64,000 nucleotides of DNA from Octopus sinensis (lineage: Eukaryota). The DNA is taken from contig NC_043001.1 in NCBI RefSeq assembly GCF_006345805.1, forward strand, positions 35,526,001 through 35,590,000, read 5' to 3'. Position 1 is the first letter of the stretch. Every line of letters starts with the position of its first letter. Both the position numbers and the translations under genes were made by a program. Below are positions 24,757-38,699 of the stretch, piece by piece. Under the pieces are notes generated by a model. The model made no database searches. It was not told the origin of the DNA and saw nothing but the letters and a program-made list of their open reading frames with translations.

Positions 24757-26147
24757 TAATGTATTGATTTTGAATTTAGATGTAAACTTAGGACAAAGGA
24801 AGTACATCAATTACATCGACGCCAATATAAGATTAGGGCTGATTTTATGATGGCTGCTTGGATTTGAAATCAGAATATCAGAACTCGGGCCACGATAGCA
24901 TCAGAAAAGTTTTATCGCACATTCTACTATATCAGACAACTACTCTCACTACCATTTTCAAACGGCTCTACGGATTAGAGAAAGTAAATGAAATACAAAC
25001 GAACTATGAAAAAGAAGAGATACGAAAGGAACAAACACTACTACTACTACTACTACTACATTACAATAGAAAGCAACAAACATCAACAATGTCAACAACA
25101 CCATCAAGAGCAACAACATTAAGACAAGTAATAAATCAATTTGTATAAATAATATCTGTAGTTTATCCATTGATTCATTTATTCATTTAATCAGAACTGA
25201 TTTTTAATTATAGTTTATTGTATATGACACAAGATGGATTGAATTGCTATTCTTAAGAGAAGAGAATGATAAATATGAAAGGGCAAAATAAATAGAATAA
25301 TGCCGAGATAATTGCATTCAATTCAATATATCTTATAATTTTCGTTATATTTCTTTACTACTCTATGTTTAATCGGATTCTAGTTTAATCTGATAATAAG
25401 TTTGGGGATAAAAAAAAAAGCATTCTTTGTTCAGAAATGTCATGCCTGTACAATGTTTTCGTTCAGCCTTCTAATGAGTTTCGCCAACGTAGGAACAAAG
25501 AAAAGTTTTTGTTTTCTGAAGGTGATTGATACATCCGCTGTAAATACAGGTAACAATTTTTTTCTCTTTTATTTTTTGGCTTTATCTCTTTCTTCCTGCT
25601 TGTGCTCAGGCACAAGGATTTAACCTATGCGCTCTTAAAACGCAAAAAAACAACCCCAAAACAAAACGAAGCTAATTATATATATGTAAAAATATATGTA
25701 TACAAATAATGTGTGTATATGTATGTTTACACATGTATATAAATATATACACGTTAACACATACATACACATAAAACACACACGCCATGCACAAACATGA
25801 AATTTATGGTAACACTTCACAGTGAGTTATTGATAATCTAACGATCGTAGAAATGAAAGAAGAAATTTTAAATTTTACATTCGATATAATTGACTGCAAA
25901 TATTTTAACGCAGTTATGTATATCGATTGGTTTTGAAATACATAAAACATGGAAGAATTAAATGAAGATGTCAATAGTTGCTTTTTATTCCATGAAAATA
26001 TTTTGTTCAACTTTAATATAATTTAAAGTCATTCTTCTTGAATCTCTCATCTTATGTTGTGTTCTGTCGGAAAATATTCAGCAATAATCGAAATAATTTG
26101 AAGGGATACTTTACGCAAGTTATGCTTAAAGGATCTTTAACAAAATG

Positions 26148-27015
26148 TGAGCTAGCAGGATCGTTAGCACATCGGATAAGAGGCATGTCGTTCGTCTTTA
26201 CGTTCTGAGCTCAAAATCCGCCGAGGTCGGTATTACCCTTCACCAAATGTGGGATCGATGAAATAAGCACCAATCACTTACTGGGGTCGATGTAATCGAC
26301 TATACCCCAACGGCAAAATTACAGGCTTTGACCCTATAAGTACAACAGAGTTCTTATTTATCTAAATAAAAAAGGCGGTGAGGTGGCTGAACTGCTAAAC
26401 GCTGGACAATGTGCCAAGCAGCATTTCGTTCGTTTTTACGGCCCCTGTTCGAATTCTTGCCGACATCAAGTTTGTCTTTCATCCATTCAGAGTCGATAGC
26501 ACAAGGGTTGATGTAATAGACCTCGCACTTCCCCTTGATGGACTTCTTCAAAAATTTATGAAGTATTTATGTGAATGTAAAGGCGATGAGGTGGCAGAAC
26601 TGCTAGCATACCGGAAAAAATATTTAGCGGCATAACTTTTTCTTTCCTTTCTGGAGTCAAATTCTACCAAGGTCGGCATTGTCTTTTATCTTTTCGGGGC
26701 CCATAAAATAAGGACCACTTGTACACTGAATTAGATGTAATTTTTTTCCTCCTCACCCCAAAACTACTGGCTTTGTACAAAAATCTGAAACGAATATTTG
26801 TGTGAATGAAAAGCGACGAGCTGGCAGAAACTTTACCAAATCACCATAATGTCGAGCAGCATTTCGTCTGTCTTTACGTTCTGAGTTCTAATTCAGCCGA
26901 GGTCAATTTCATCAATTCAGGATCGATGACATAAATACTAGGATTGATAGAATCAATTAGCTGCCACTCATCCCACCAAAACATCAGGCCTTGTGTCTAT
27001 ACTAGAAAGGATTAT
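26148..27015 (+). mobile_element. Four old SINE group A-related copies, head-to-tail
   Basis: Heads at ~26150, ~26372, ~26580 and ~26811, each with an AGGCG..GAG.TGGC.GAA / TT(C)GTC..T.TTTACG pattern and GGCCTTGTG-type tails; strongly diverged. Confidence 0.7.
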
Positions 27016-27924
27016 TATTTACGTGAATCATGATATTCTTATAATCACTTTATATAAAGGTTTGATATGCAGTAGCATTACTTCTAAGATGAAGCTGTGG
27101 AAAAATGTTGCTCTGATATATTTTCTAGATTATGTATAATAATCAGTGCTTGTTTAAGAGCTATATTTGTGCACTGAAACTTTATAATTGCATCGCTAAA
27201 CAAGTAATATTTATTCGTTTCTAAATTCATGTTAGCAGCTGAGAAATTTCCAATGGATAAAATTGTACAAACATTAATCTTTAGGTGTGAAGTTTTCAAT
27301 ATATCAAAAAGATTTGTCTGAAACGAGCAATCATTCATCATACGTGTAATAAGCGTGTGATATCGATGTAAGTCTCACTTTAAATTCTTAAATGTATTAT
27401 GTAATAAATGTTACACAAAAAGAACAACTTCACAAATTTCAGCAGATTTAGCAGAATAATAATATTACTAACAATATTATTGTTAGTAATATTGCTGCAT
27501 GCATATTTATTTTAATTTCCGAATTGAAATGTGATTCCGGCTAAATCTGATAATTACTAGTTTAAATGAATCTTATTCGATAATATTAAGCAACTTTGAT
27601 ATAAAATGATTCTTATTGGTAAATTTACAAAACTACTTCATAACAGAAATACTATTAGTGCAGAAAGATAATTAGGGTGTATTTTTTATTATTTATTTAA
27701 AGATATTCGTCTCAAAGGTTCAATAGATAATGCACTTGTTTATTAAAATACAAATTTTACTATAAATAAATGTTGGTTTCGGATCCTAATTGTAATATAA
27801 AATCTTTGTATATTGTAGCATCTGTTACTGATTCATTAATCCGGGAACTATTTGCTGAATTAATAGAAATTAAATATAATTAGCCACTACACACATTTTT
27901 TTCTCTCCTTGTTTTTTCTATGTC

Positions 27925-28050
27925 CCGTTCTGTAGAAGAACGTAGGCTCGAAACGTAAAGTACTTTCTATTCCTAAGCGTTATACTAATACATCTGTTTG
28001 TTTTGTACACCACCTGCCTGTGTCTTTTGTTTTATTTTTTCGTAAACTCT

Positions 28051-28055
<5 letters not shown>
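27925..28055 (+). mobile_element. PLE terminal-repeat fragment with hammerhead-like motif, 3' end abutting (TA)n
   Basis: CTGTAGA-AGAAC(GTAG)GCTC-GAAAC-GT-A at 27930-27957; same family as 57857-57965, which is joined to a GIY-YIG ORF. Confidence 0.7.
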
Positions 28056-28091
<36 letters not shown>

Positions 28092-28094
28092 TAT

Positions 28095-28312
28095 AGAGGT
28101 ACAGGACGTCACAAAACGTAAACAACATGAAATAAAAAAACGACATGTCTTACGAAATACGTAAAACAAGATATACAAACGTGGGTATGCAAATAACGAG
28201 AGAAACAAATGGAAAATGAGGCAAGTAACATAAACAACGACCCTTCATCAAATGTCGGCTGTTTATGTACTCTACATTTCGAGCAATTCCCAACATATTG
28301 GAATTGCATATA
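28095..28312 (-). mobile_element. Second PLE-type terminal-repeat fragment, tail-to-tail with 27925-28055
   Basis: Minus strand GCAATTCC(AATATGTTG)GGAATTGC-TC-GAAATGTA; 3' end abuts the same (TA)n. Confidence 0.45.
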
Positions 28313-28829
28313 TGTATATATGTATATGTGAGTGTTGGGGTTTACGGACAGTCAAAGCTAGTAACAAAATGAGGAAATACAACAAATCACACCAAACGAA
28401 AACAAACGGGGAGGGCCGTTAAGACAGACGAGGTAAGATGGCGAACTCCTGAAGAATATTCTTTGATAACAGAAAAGATAGGAGCGGACACAGATGAGGA
28501 TGCGTCTGGTCTGTTGGGAGAGACATAAGGAAAAGACAGATGATCACGTGAGGAATAGAAAGATGGACGATGGTCACGTGTGAGCAACATGAGAGAGTTA
28601 AGGAGGAAGAAGAAATAGGAAGAAAACGGTGAAATGGAGGAAATCATTAGAGAAAAGACGAGAGAGAAGAGACGAAAGGGTGAGAAGGGGTGAAAAATGA
28701 ATTAGAGAAAGGAAAAGAGAACGAAAGGGGGAGAGGGAGAACAGTACAGGGTAGAGTCGCATCAAAATTATTAAAATAAACTTACTTGGAAATGGATGCA
28801 TGGCGTTCAATCGTATAATAATATAAATA

Positions 28830-28859
<30 letters not shown>

Positions 28860-28861
<2 letters not shown>

Positions 28862-29043
28862 TATATGTGTGTGGGTATATATGTATGTATATATGCATAT
28901 ATATATTATTTATATTATGTATATATATATGTATATATGCATGTATACATGTATGTAAATATACATGTATATATATGTGGGTATATATATGTATATATAT
29001 ATATGTGTGGGTATATATGTGTGTATATATGGATGTATATATG

Positions 29044-29075
<32 letters not shown>

Positions 29076-29260
29076 TACATGCATATGTATATGTCTATAC
29101 ATATATCTATGCATGTATATCTATATATCTATATAGATGTCTATAGATATATCTATGTATGTGTGTATATCTCTCTCTATATATATACATATATATATAT
29201 GTCTATATGTACATATATATTTATGTGTATATGTACGTATATACATATATATATATGTAC

Positions 29261-29296
<36 letters not shown>

Positions 29297-29700
29297 ATAT
29301 GTGTGTGGGTATATATGTATATATATATGTATATATGTATATATGCATATATATATTATTTATATTATGTATATATATATGTATATATGCATGTATACAT
29401 GTATGTAAATATACATGTATATATATGTGGGTATATATATGTATATATATATATGTGTGGGTATATATGTGTGTATATATGGATGCATATATGTATATAT
29501 ATATATATATATACACATATATACATGCATATGTATATGTCTATACATATATCTATGCATGTATATCTATATATCTATATAGATGTCTATAGATATATCT
29601 ATGTATGTGTGTATATCTCTCTATATATATATACATATATATATGTCTATATGTACATATATATTTATGTGTATATGTACGTATATACATATATATATAT

Positions 29701-29740
<40 letters not shown>
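28860..29740. repeat. ~450-bp tandem duplication of cryptic TA/TG simple sequence
   Basis: Markers recur at 28895/29345 and 29135/29581. Confidence 0.85.
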
Positions 29741-29741
<1 letters not shown>

Positions 29742-30757
29742 ATGTATGTATATATGCCTGTATATATATATATATATATATCGTACGTATGTGAATAAAG
29801 TGCAGGAACTTACAATTTTAAAGCCTACTAACATGAAATTAGGGTATACCACATGACAAACTACAAATATGTGTGCGTGTGTGTGTGTGCGTTTTGTTTG
29901 TGTGTGTGTGTGTGTGTGTGTGTAATATGAGCTAAGTTAACTGCTCCATCCATTATATATAAGATCGTTCTAGAGTACCGTCATATTCCCTTTATTGTAT
30001 AGCTTCAGGTCTATCTATCTGTCTGTCTCTCCGCCTCTCTATTTTGTTTGTTTTTTGTTACATTATTATTTAGTAATAGTAGAATCAACAACTGATTGGA
30101 TGGATGCTGCTCTTCATCATTTGGAATTTTTTTCTTCTTAAATGGGCTGAACTGAAAAGTTACATGATTAGCGTAGACATAATTTAAAATTCTATTTCAG
30201 TAATACATTTGTATAAATATTTATATACACCGGTCTCAAAGGCACAACAAAATGTCACAGGCGTTGTTACTCTACCTCTGATAACCCATTGAAACAAAAC
30301 AATACATATTACTGATATTTCAATAGCGAAGTTGATCCTGGTGGGATTTGAACACGGGACTCGAGAGAATTATTGTTATTGGGTAATATGTAGACAGAGA
30401 TATTGACGTCTTTTGTTTAAGTAGACCAATATTTTTCATGTAAACTCTTGTGTGTGTGTGTGTGTGTGACTGTTTGTGTGAGTGAGGAGTGTTGCCGCTC
30501 ATGGGCGTAAATGCATAACCATATGCAACAGTATGCCAGCCTGGTAGACCATTGGGTAAATTATACAGCAACGGTCAATAGAAACCACAAATGAATAGCT
30601 GAATGGACATTTATAAAAATACAAAATTAGATAGATACATGTATGATAAAAACACTAGAGTTTTAGATACATATTGATCGTTAAGCATAAGGATATCTAT
30701 CTATATATCTGTCTGTTTGTCTGTCTGTTTACTTATACTCAATATACTTTTTTTTTA

Positions 30758-30963
30758 CTTTTACTCTTTTACTTGTTTCAGTCATTTGACTGTGGCCATG
30801 CTGGATCACCGGTTTTAGTCGAGTAAATCGAACCCAGGACTTAGTCTTTGTAAGCCTAGTACTTTTCTATCGGTCTCTTTTGCCGAAGCGCTAAGTTGCG
30901 GGGACGTAAACACACCAGCATCGGTTGTCAAACGATGTTGGGGGGACAAACACAAACACTCAA

Positions 30964-31013
<50 letters not shown>

Positions 31014-31175
31014 TTATACATATATACGACGGGCTTCTTTCAGGTTCCGTCTACCAAATCCACTCACAAGGCTTTGGTCAGCCCGAGGTTATAGTAGTAC
31101 ACACATGCCCAAGGTGCCAAGCAGTGGGACCATGTCTCTGGTAAGCAAGCTACTTAACACACAGCCACTCATAAG
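30758..31175 (-). mobile_element. SINE group B, near full length, internal (CA)n
   Basis: Reverse-complement head and tail match 10274-10685. Confidence 0.88.
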
Positions 31176-31620
31176 CCTATATATATTGACAAAGATATAT
31201 AGACAGCCTGAGAAAAAAGCAAACTAAAACTAATTAGATACAAATATTTGCATAAACACACACATAAATGGATGTATATATATATATATATATATAATAT
31301 ATATATATATATGTTTATACGTATGCATGTATGTATACTTATACATCAGCGAGTAGTCTATTCATGTTCGAATTCCGCTGAGGTAGATTTTGTTTTTCAT
31401 CCTTTCGGGGTCGATAAAATAGGTACCAGTTGATGTAATCGACCCATCCGCACCTCCACCTAGCTGCCCCTGTAGAAAAACTCATTTTTGCCAGCTGAGC
31501 GCACTGAAGCAACGTGAGATAAAGTGTCTTGCTCAAGGACAAAACGCGTCGCGGGGAATCGAACTCACGACTTTACACTCGTGAGGCGAATGTCCTAACC
31601 ACTAAACCACGCGCCTTAAC

Positions 31621-31673
<53 letters not shown>

Positions 31674-31695
31674 ATATATATGTAAAATACATATA

Positions 31696-31726
<31 letters not shown>

Positions 31727-32504
31727 AACATATATATATATATATATATATTCACATACACACATCCATAAATATTTATATATATATATATATACATACA
31801 TATATGCATACTTATATGCATGGACACATATATAGATGTATGTATGCATGTATAAAAAACATTCACACGTATAAATACATGTATACACAAACACATACAC
31901 ACATACATACATACACACATACATTTACATACATACATACATTCATATACATACATTCACATACATACATACATACATACATACATACATACATACATTC
32001 ACATACATTCACATACAGACACGCACACCTATATTATCTGCGTATGGATGTGTAAAGAGAGATTAATAGACTTACTGATTTTGTTAGAGACCATTTCAAA
32101 ATGTCTTTTGCAATATTATCCTAAAATTGAGTATCTAAATCTTTTAATATGGTTCAATTCTTTCTTTTGTGGTGTGTTATATTTGTTATTTATTATTATT
32201 AAATTTATATAATTATTTTTATATCTGTTATTCACTTCTATTCTATTCTATTCACTGCAAGATTGATCGCACTGTCAGATTTCTACAGTTTGGTTTACAG
32301 TAGTGCTGTGTTTTTGTTGTCTTCTTTTAGGTTATTTCTTTTTATTTGTTTTATCATTTATTTATTTATTTATTTATTAACTTATTTATTTACTTATTTA
32401 TTATTTATTTTTTAAATGTGGTAAAGTCTTGCTAATGGGTTAAGAAATTTAACACAGGAAAAATTGTAACACTCAGGTGCACACATAGAAATTAACACGA
32501 ACCG

Positions 32505-32554
<50 letters not shown>

Positions 32555-33745
32555 ATATATATATATTGTGTATGTGTATGTGTGTGTGTATGAGTGTGTG
32601 TTTGTGTGTTTTTGTGTGTGTTTGTGTGTGTTGTCTTTGTGAGCGTAAGTATATATCCATTTATGCTTATTTATGTGTCTTCATATACGGGTATATATCG
32701 GAGTTTGTGTAAGCGTGCCTATCCATGCACGTATATAGATGTCATGAATGCGTGCGTGCACACACACACACACTCACAGACGCACGCACACAAACACAAA
32801 CACACACACACACACACACACAAATAAGTATATAAGCTTATATTTATGTGTTTCTGTGTATTTATGTATAAAAGTACACTCATAGATATATTGATGTGAG
32901 AAGACAGAGTGAAGAAAAGGAAGATTGGGAGAAAAGAAAAACACGAAGCATTTCATTTAGATTTTTTAAATTTAAATATTCTATACTTTTATTTAGACAT
33001 TATATTTCTGAAATTTTCTAGTTTAATTTTTTTTTTTTTTGAAACATGTGATGTCACATTTTTTGTTTTGCCTTGCCTTTTCTCTGTGTGTGTGTGTGTG
33101 TGTGTTGTGTGTGTGTGTGTGTAAGCTTCTACCAGCCAGATGTAAGACCTTGCTACTTATTTTCACATTTACATGACACCGCCCTCTTAAGCTTTCCGTG
33201 CTCTTACATCTCAATCGACGCATGAGGAAGCTAGTGTTATATGACAATATAAATGATACAAGCCAAACCTTGAAAGCGGAAGGCAAGGGCGAGGGGGACC
33301 ATGCAATGAGACAGACAGATGAAGATAATGAAGGCAGAGATTGAAGGGAAACTCCTGAGAATCACTAGTTTATACTGATGAAGTTTTCTCAGTCATTTTT
33401 CCTGGGTTTAATCAATGATTAATGAGCTTTAAAAGACTGTCACAAATTCGGATTCAGTTTGGTAATTCTTTTAAATTTCTTATTTCATTCTGGGGAGGGA
33501 AACTCTATGTTATTGCAATTGTTGTTTCGTTCTCGTTATTTTTGTTGTTCTGTCTGTTGTTACTGTAGTTGATGATGGTGGTAGTGGTGATGGTGGCGTT
33601 TATGGTATTGTTCGGACGATGGATTAGCAAAATCTTAAGTGGTTGGAAGGCAAACGCAACAGAGCAGATGTACATGTGTGAGAGCATGAATTATATATAT
33701 ATATATAAAATGTAAATTGCATAGAAGTGGATATATATTTATAAA

Positions 33746-34178
33746 AAAGAAGTTTGAAAACGCCACAATGCCACAATATAAGATAAATTTTAATTTTCTG
33801 AGAGATTTTACATGTTTCGGTTCTTCTTGAAAAACGAACCTTATCAAAATATATATTTTTAAAAGTTAAGTGTAATAAAAAAGTTCATAATTATATTTTA
33901 CTAGTCTCAACTACTACTATTACGGCCAACTGTCACTTTCACTATTACAGCCAATGATTCTAGTCAACGCACAAGAGCTATTATGCTCCCACATACAAAA
34001 CAGTACCACGCGGACTTTGTTGAGACTAGTAATAAATAAGTATGAACTTTTTTATTACACTTAACTTTAAAAAATATATTTTTTTGATAAGGTTCGTGTT
34101 TTCAAGAAGAAGCGAAACATGTAAAATCTCTCAGAAAATTTAAATTTATCTTATATAGTGGCGTTTTCAAACTTCTTT
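33746..34178. repeat. Fold-back element, ~165-bp arms and ~107-bp spacer, between TA tracts
   Basis: 33746-33911 is roughly 90% complementary to 34019-34178 (by eye). Confidence 0.92.
33810..33847 (-). ncRNA. Minimal hammerhead ribozyme-like motif, U3-A8 core variant
   Basis: TTGATAA-GGTTC(loop)GAACC-GAAAC-ATGT-A: perfect 5-bp helix II, palindromic helix III ACATGT, GUA triplet. Mirror copy at 34084-34123 (+). Confidence 0.6.
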
Positions 34179-35435
34179 TACATATATATATATATATATA
34201 TCTTATCTTTTAACCGTCTGTGTTGAAATCCTAATGAGGTCGAATTTGCTTCAAACTTCCTGGGACCGCGAAATCAAGAGCACAATTCAAGGGCATTGGA
34301 ACAAAATGCATTTGTTATCGTTTTGATTTTACTCTTCTTGCTGTTTGAATGTAGCTTTACTTGGTCAGGCGCATCTCATACCTGACTAGCTAAAACGAAA
34401 ACAATAGCAACTGTTAAGGCATAAGTTAAAATCTGTTATGATATTTCTTCTATGAAGCAGAGGCTGTTATATTTTCCCCATTTGCCTATGGAAAAAGAAA
34501 AAAAAATATGGACATTTCATGTTCAGATACATATTTCAGATATGCACAAATATGTTTGATTTTTCATTCATTTTGTTTCATATTATATCCTCGAGCCTAA
34601 ACTACAACTTATATCATTCGACACACGTTCGATAGTAGATCATAACGATAAATCGCCGAAATGACGATTTAACAAGCGAGAGATAGACCCGCAGGAAAAA
34701 AATTTCTATTTTTTCATACGCTTAAAAGCAAAAAATCATTGCAAATTGCTTAACTACAACTCATTTCATTGACATTCCAGATTCTATAATTAGCAGTAAA
34801 ATTATCCTCAAATCAAACCCAGACTTGAGTACTCCCACTAAAAATAAAATAAATAATATCCCTTATACTAGAATGTATTTTGATCATAGGTTTGCTCAAT
34901 CAAGATAGTCCTCGGGTTAAACAATAACAGTAAAACTTATGTGATTAAATTCGCAGACACGTCATTTTAAAGGAAATACGTTACAACACATATATTTCCC
35001 AATTTATCAAATCTAAATATTAATACTTCTATCGATATTTTTCCTTGTAATTCTATATGCTCCGCCAAAATATTATGTTGCTATCTTCGTTAACGAGTTA
35101 CATATATATAGTAACAAACTGAAAACCAATCACAAATCTTCGATTTGTTAATAGCTTTCGTAGATAGATGAGGCATATAAATTAACTAAGAAAATATTTT
35201 GGTATGAACTATATAGAGAGTTTTATATTTACATTACAGAAAACATCTATATTTAGTATGAATATAATGATATCTCGGTTTGCTTTCTTCCTGTATAAGT
35301 CTAATCTTATGACATCTGTCTGCCAATATTTGTTTCCCCGTCACGTGTGGTTCCCAGCTTGTTAGAATATGATGACCAAATAACAGTAAATAGAGCTACT
35401 GATCCCAACACATTTTTCTACGCCGATTCTTTTTA

Positions 35436-35631
35436 TTCTTTTAGTCTTTTATTTGTTTCAGTCATTTGACTGCGGCCATGCTGGAGCACTGCCTTTTAGT
35501 CGAGTAAATCGACCCCCAGGACTTATTCTTTGTAGGCCTAGTACTTATTCTATCTATCTCTCTTGCCGAACCGCTAAGTTACGAGACGTAAACACACCAG
35601 CATCGGGGGACAAATACAGACACACAAACAT

Positions 35632-35662
<31 letters not shown>

Positions 35663-35690
35663 CACATACATATATATGTATGAAGGTAGG

Positions 35691-35731
<41 letters not shown>

Positions 35732-35890
35732 GATGGGCTTGGCTTCTTTCAGTTTTCGTCTGCCAAATCCACTCACAAAGCTTTGGTCGACCCGAGGCTA
35801 TAGTAGAAGACACTTGCCCAAGGTGCCACGCTGTGGGACTGAACCCGGAACCATGTGGTTGGTAAGTAAGCTACTTACCACACAGCCACT
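35436..35890 (-). mobile_element. SINE group B, near full length
   Basis: Tail at ~35436-35610, TA tract, head to ACTTACCACACAGCCACTC. Confidence 0.9.
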
Positions 35891-36019
35891 CGTGAACATT
35901 TCAGTGATAGTATATATAATTTTCATACATACATGTGTATATCCACATAAATACTTATACAAACATGTGTGGCACTCCGTCGGCTACAACGACGAGTGTT
36001 CCAGTGTTGATCCGATCGA

Positions 36020-36862
36020 GTGTTGAAGAATTAGCAATACAGTATAGTTTAGACCATATAACTGTTCATCGCCAATTTCAACAACTTGAAAAGGTTCCTA
36101 AATTTGGAAAATGGGTGCCTCATGAATTGTCTGAAAGCAAACGCAAATCCCGAGTTGAAATCTGCTCTTCTCTCCACTCTCGCGAACTCATTTCACCCTT
36201 TTTGGATAGACTTGTGACTGGTGATGAAAAATGGATCTTCTATCGAAATGTTAAACGTCGTAAACAGTGGCTTGGTAAAAGGGTAAAAGCCCAACCACAA
36301 CCGAGAAGGGAACTTCATGGGGAAAATGTTCTTCTCTCTATCTGGTGGGATTGCAAAGGAGTAATTCACTTTGAATTTGTTACCACCTAATGCAACAATC
36401 AGCGCTCAAGTCTTACTGGCAGCAATTAGAGCGTTTGGACCAAGCTTTGAAGAAAAATAGATCCGCTTTAATGAATCGAAACGGTGCGATGTTTCATCAG
36501 GATAATGAATGACCCCACACTGCAAATATCACATCACAGAACATCGAAGAGCTTGGTTGGGAAAAATTCTTCATCCACCTTATTCTCCCGACCTTGCTCC
36601 TTCAGACTATCATTTGTTTCGTAGTTTACAGAATCATTTGGGGAACATAACTTTCGCAAGCCAGGAGGAGGTCGAAACTGACATTTCAGAGTTGTTCGCT
36701 TTGAAACCAGAAGATAGGATGAAAAAGCTTGTAAATAGATGGAAGGAAGTCATAGATAATCCCGGAAAGCACATTGATGATTAAATTTCAATTAAATATA
36801 ACTTTTTATCACTCGTTTTCTTTATTCGAAATTCGGACAGAACTTATGGGATGACCTGATAT
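36020..36862 (+). mobile_element. mariner (DD34D) element, 5'-truncated, with right TIR
   Basis: GKWVPHEL, LVTGDEKWI, LLSIWWDCKG, QDNE*PH, HPPYSPDLAPSDYHLFRSLQN; frameshift near 36385; TIR TTCGGACAGAACTTATGGGATGACCTGATA then TA. Confidence 0.95.
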
Positions 36863-37099
36863 AATGAGGGGAATTCGATTACTTGTTACTGATGATCGAT
36901 ATTATTTACAAATATATTTATGTAATATTGTCTAAAACTGATTTGATATTCCCCAAAATATAACTTCAGTGATGTGTTGTGTTCGTTTTGTGAGTTTAAT
37001 GTAAATAGCGCTTTTGACAATTGTTGCTTGAAAATGTCTGCATTTTGGTATTTTTCTATTAGTGCCAGCCTTCTCCGAAACATTCTTGAACGATGTCAC

Positions 37100-37100
37100 T

Positions 37101-37173
<73 letters not shown>

Positions 37174-37202
37174 CAGCAACATCAGCAGTAGTAGTAGTAG
37201 TT

Positions 37203-37240
<38 letters not shown>
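37100..37240. repeat. (AGC)n/(AGT)n compound microsatellite
   Basis: Direct reading. Confidence 0.95.
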
Positions 37241-37242
<2 letters not shown>

Positions 37243-38699
37243 TTTTGTTGTTGCTGTTCTTAATTCTGTTTCCGGGGAAGATGTGATGGAGTACTCGCTG
37301 CCGATGCTGCTTCTGCATAAGATGTTGATGAAGTCGATTTGGCTTTTCATTCACCCGGAGTTGATAAAACGAGAAAACCAATCTCGAATATTGGGATCGT
37401 TGGCATCGCTTAACCCATTTCTCTCCTAACTGTTGGCCTTCTGCTTAAATAAATATCGGAGTGTCATTCTGCCGATGAAAACACACGCACTGGTTCCGAA
37501 TCATGTGATCTTTCTCTTTTAACGTTTTTACCACCAAATCAGAGTAGAATTTATAAATAGCTGTAGCATGGGTTTAGCTTGAAATAAACGTCACTAGGCA
37601 TAAATCTAATAATCAACATCGTAACCAAGAATTGCACAACGCAGGCAGCCTGGGGTTATCCAGAATATACGAGTTCTAGACATACATCATGTAGTTAGCT
37701 AGGATTTGTTGGATTGGGTGATAGTGTTACTTCGAAAAGATTTATATCCTGAGATACGGAAGATTTTCCTGAAACTGGATTGTTAGTTGATGGGTTTGAA
37801 CATTGAGAAGAACAAGTGGTACTTTCAGACTAATGACCGGCTGTGCCTCGACCTAGACACAAAAGATGGATTTATTCGTGTGGCTAGAACCGTTCATCGG
37901 AACGGTGCGCACATACTAGTGGAAAATAAAGTGGCGTTTTGAAAATACCGCCTGCTGGAAACAACGGTTGTTACAGTCTCACAATTCTACACCAGCATTT
38001 TCATTTCTTTAACTGGTACTCACTGAATCAGCTGAATAAAATGTATGAATAGAGAATATCTACAAAGTGTTTGTTCATATCGTAACAAGGCAGAGTAGGT
38101 TTTTATGTCAACTATTAGTGACTGTTTATGGTGTCCTCAGTTTCAAACGAATATCTACATAGAACACAAATTTGGTAGTTGCATAATCCATCTAGATAGA
38201 ATGCATAGACCAGATACCAGTTACTGATAGCTCACCATCTCTTTCCTAGAGTGCAGTGACCGGATGAACAAATTAATTGATTAGTAGTTAAAGTGAGCGG
38301 TTATCATCAACTGGCGCTGATGAGATGGTCGTAGGCAATTTCTTCAACTAAAAACAGAAAGGTGTGTTCCGTTAGTAATAAGGCGTCTCCTCTTTGACAC
38401 GAAGGAACGGAAGCTGTTCGATTAGCTCGGACGGTGATGTGCGATGTAGCATCAAAACACAGATCCCCATTGGTGCAATAAAATGCTCTACTACTCGATG
38501 TGTGCGGATGTATGAGGCTATCCATCGACACTTTACGGAACAGTACAAGGCAAGGTGGATGCAGGAATAGAAGTGCATTTGTCGTCTGTTACGCTCCTGG
38601 AGAAAGATGCGAAAGTTTTGGAAAAAAAAACTGTCAACAGTACTTTGAATATTGTGCTTGTGCGAGTGGGAAGTGCTAGGTTTGGATCGCCTGCTGCAT

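Noticed and set aside
34378-34400. 8-nt minus-strand microexon (ttttcgttttag|CTAGTCAG|gtatga)
   Set aside because: Frame-shifting length, no partner exon, and such signals are frequent by chance in AT-rich DNA.
37703-37945. Protein-looking plus-strand frame (DLLDWVIVLL...RNGAHILVENKVAF)
   Set aside because: Internal stop, short, and no recognisable motif.
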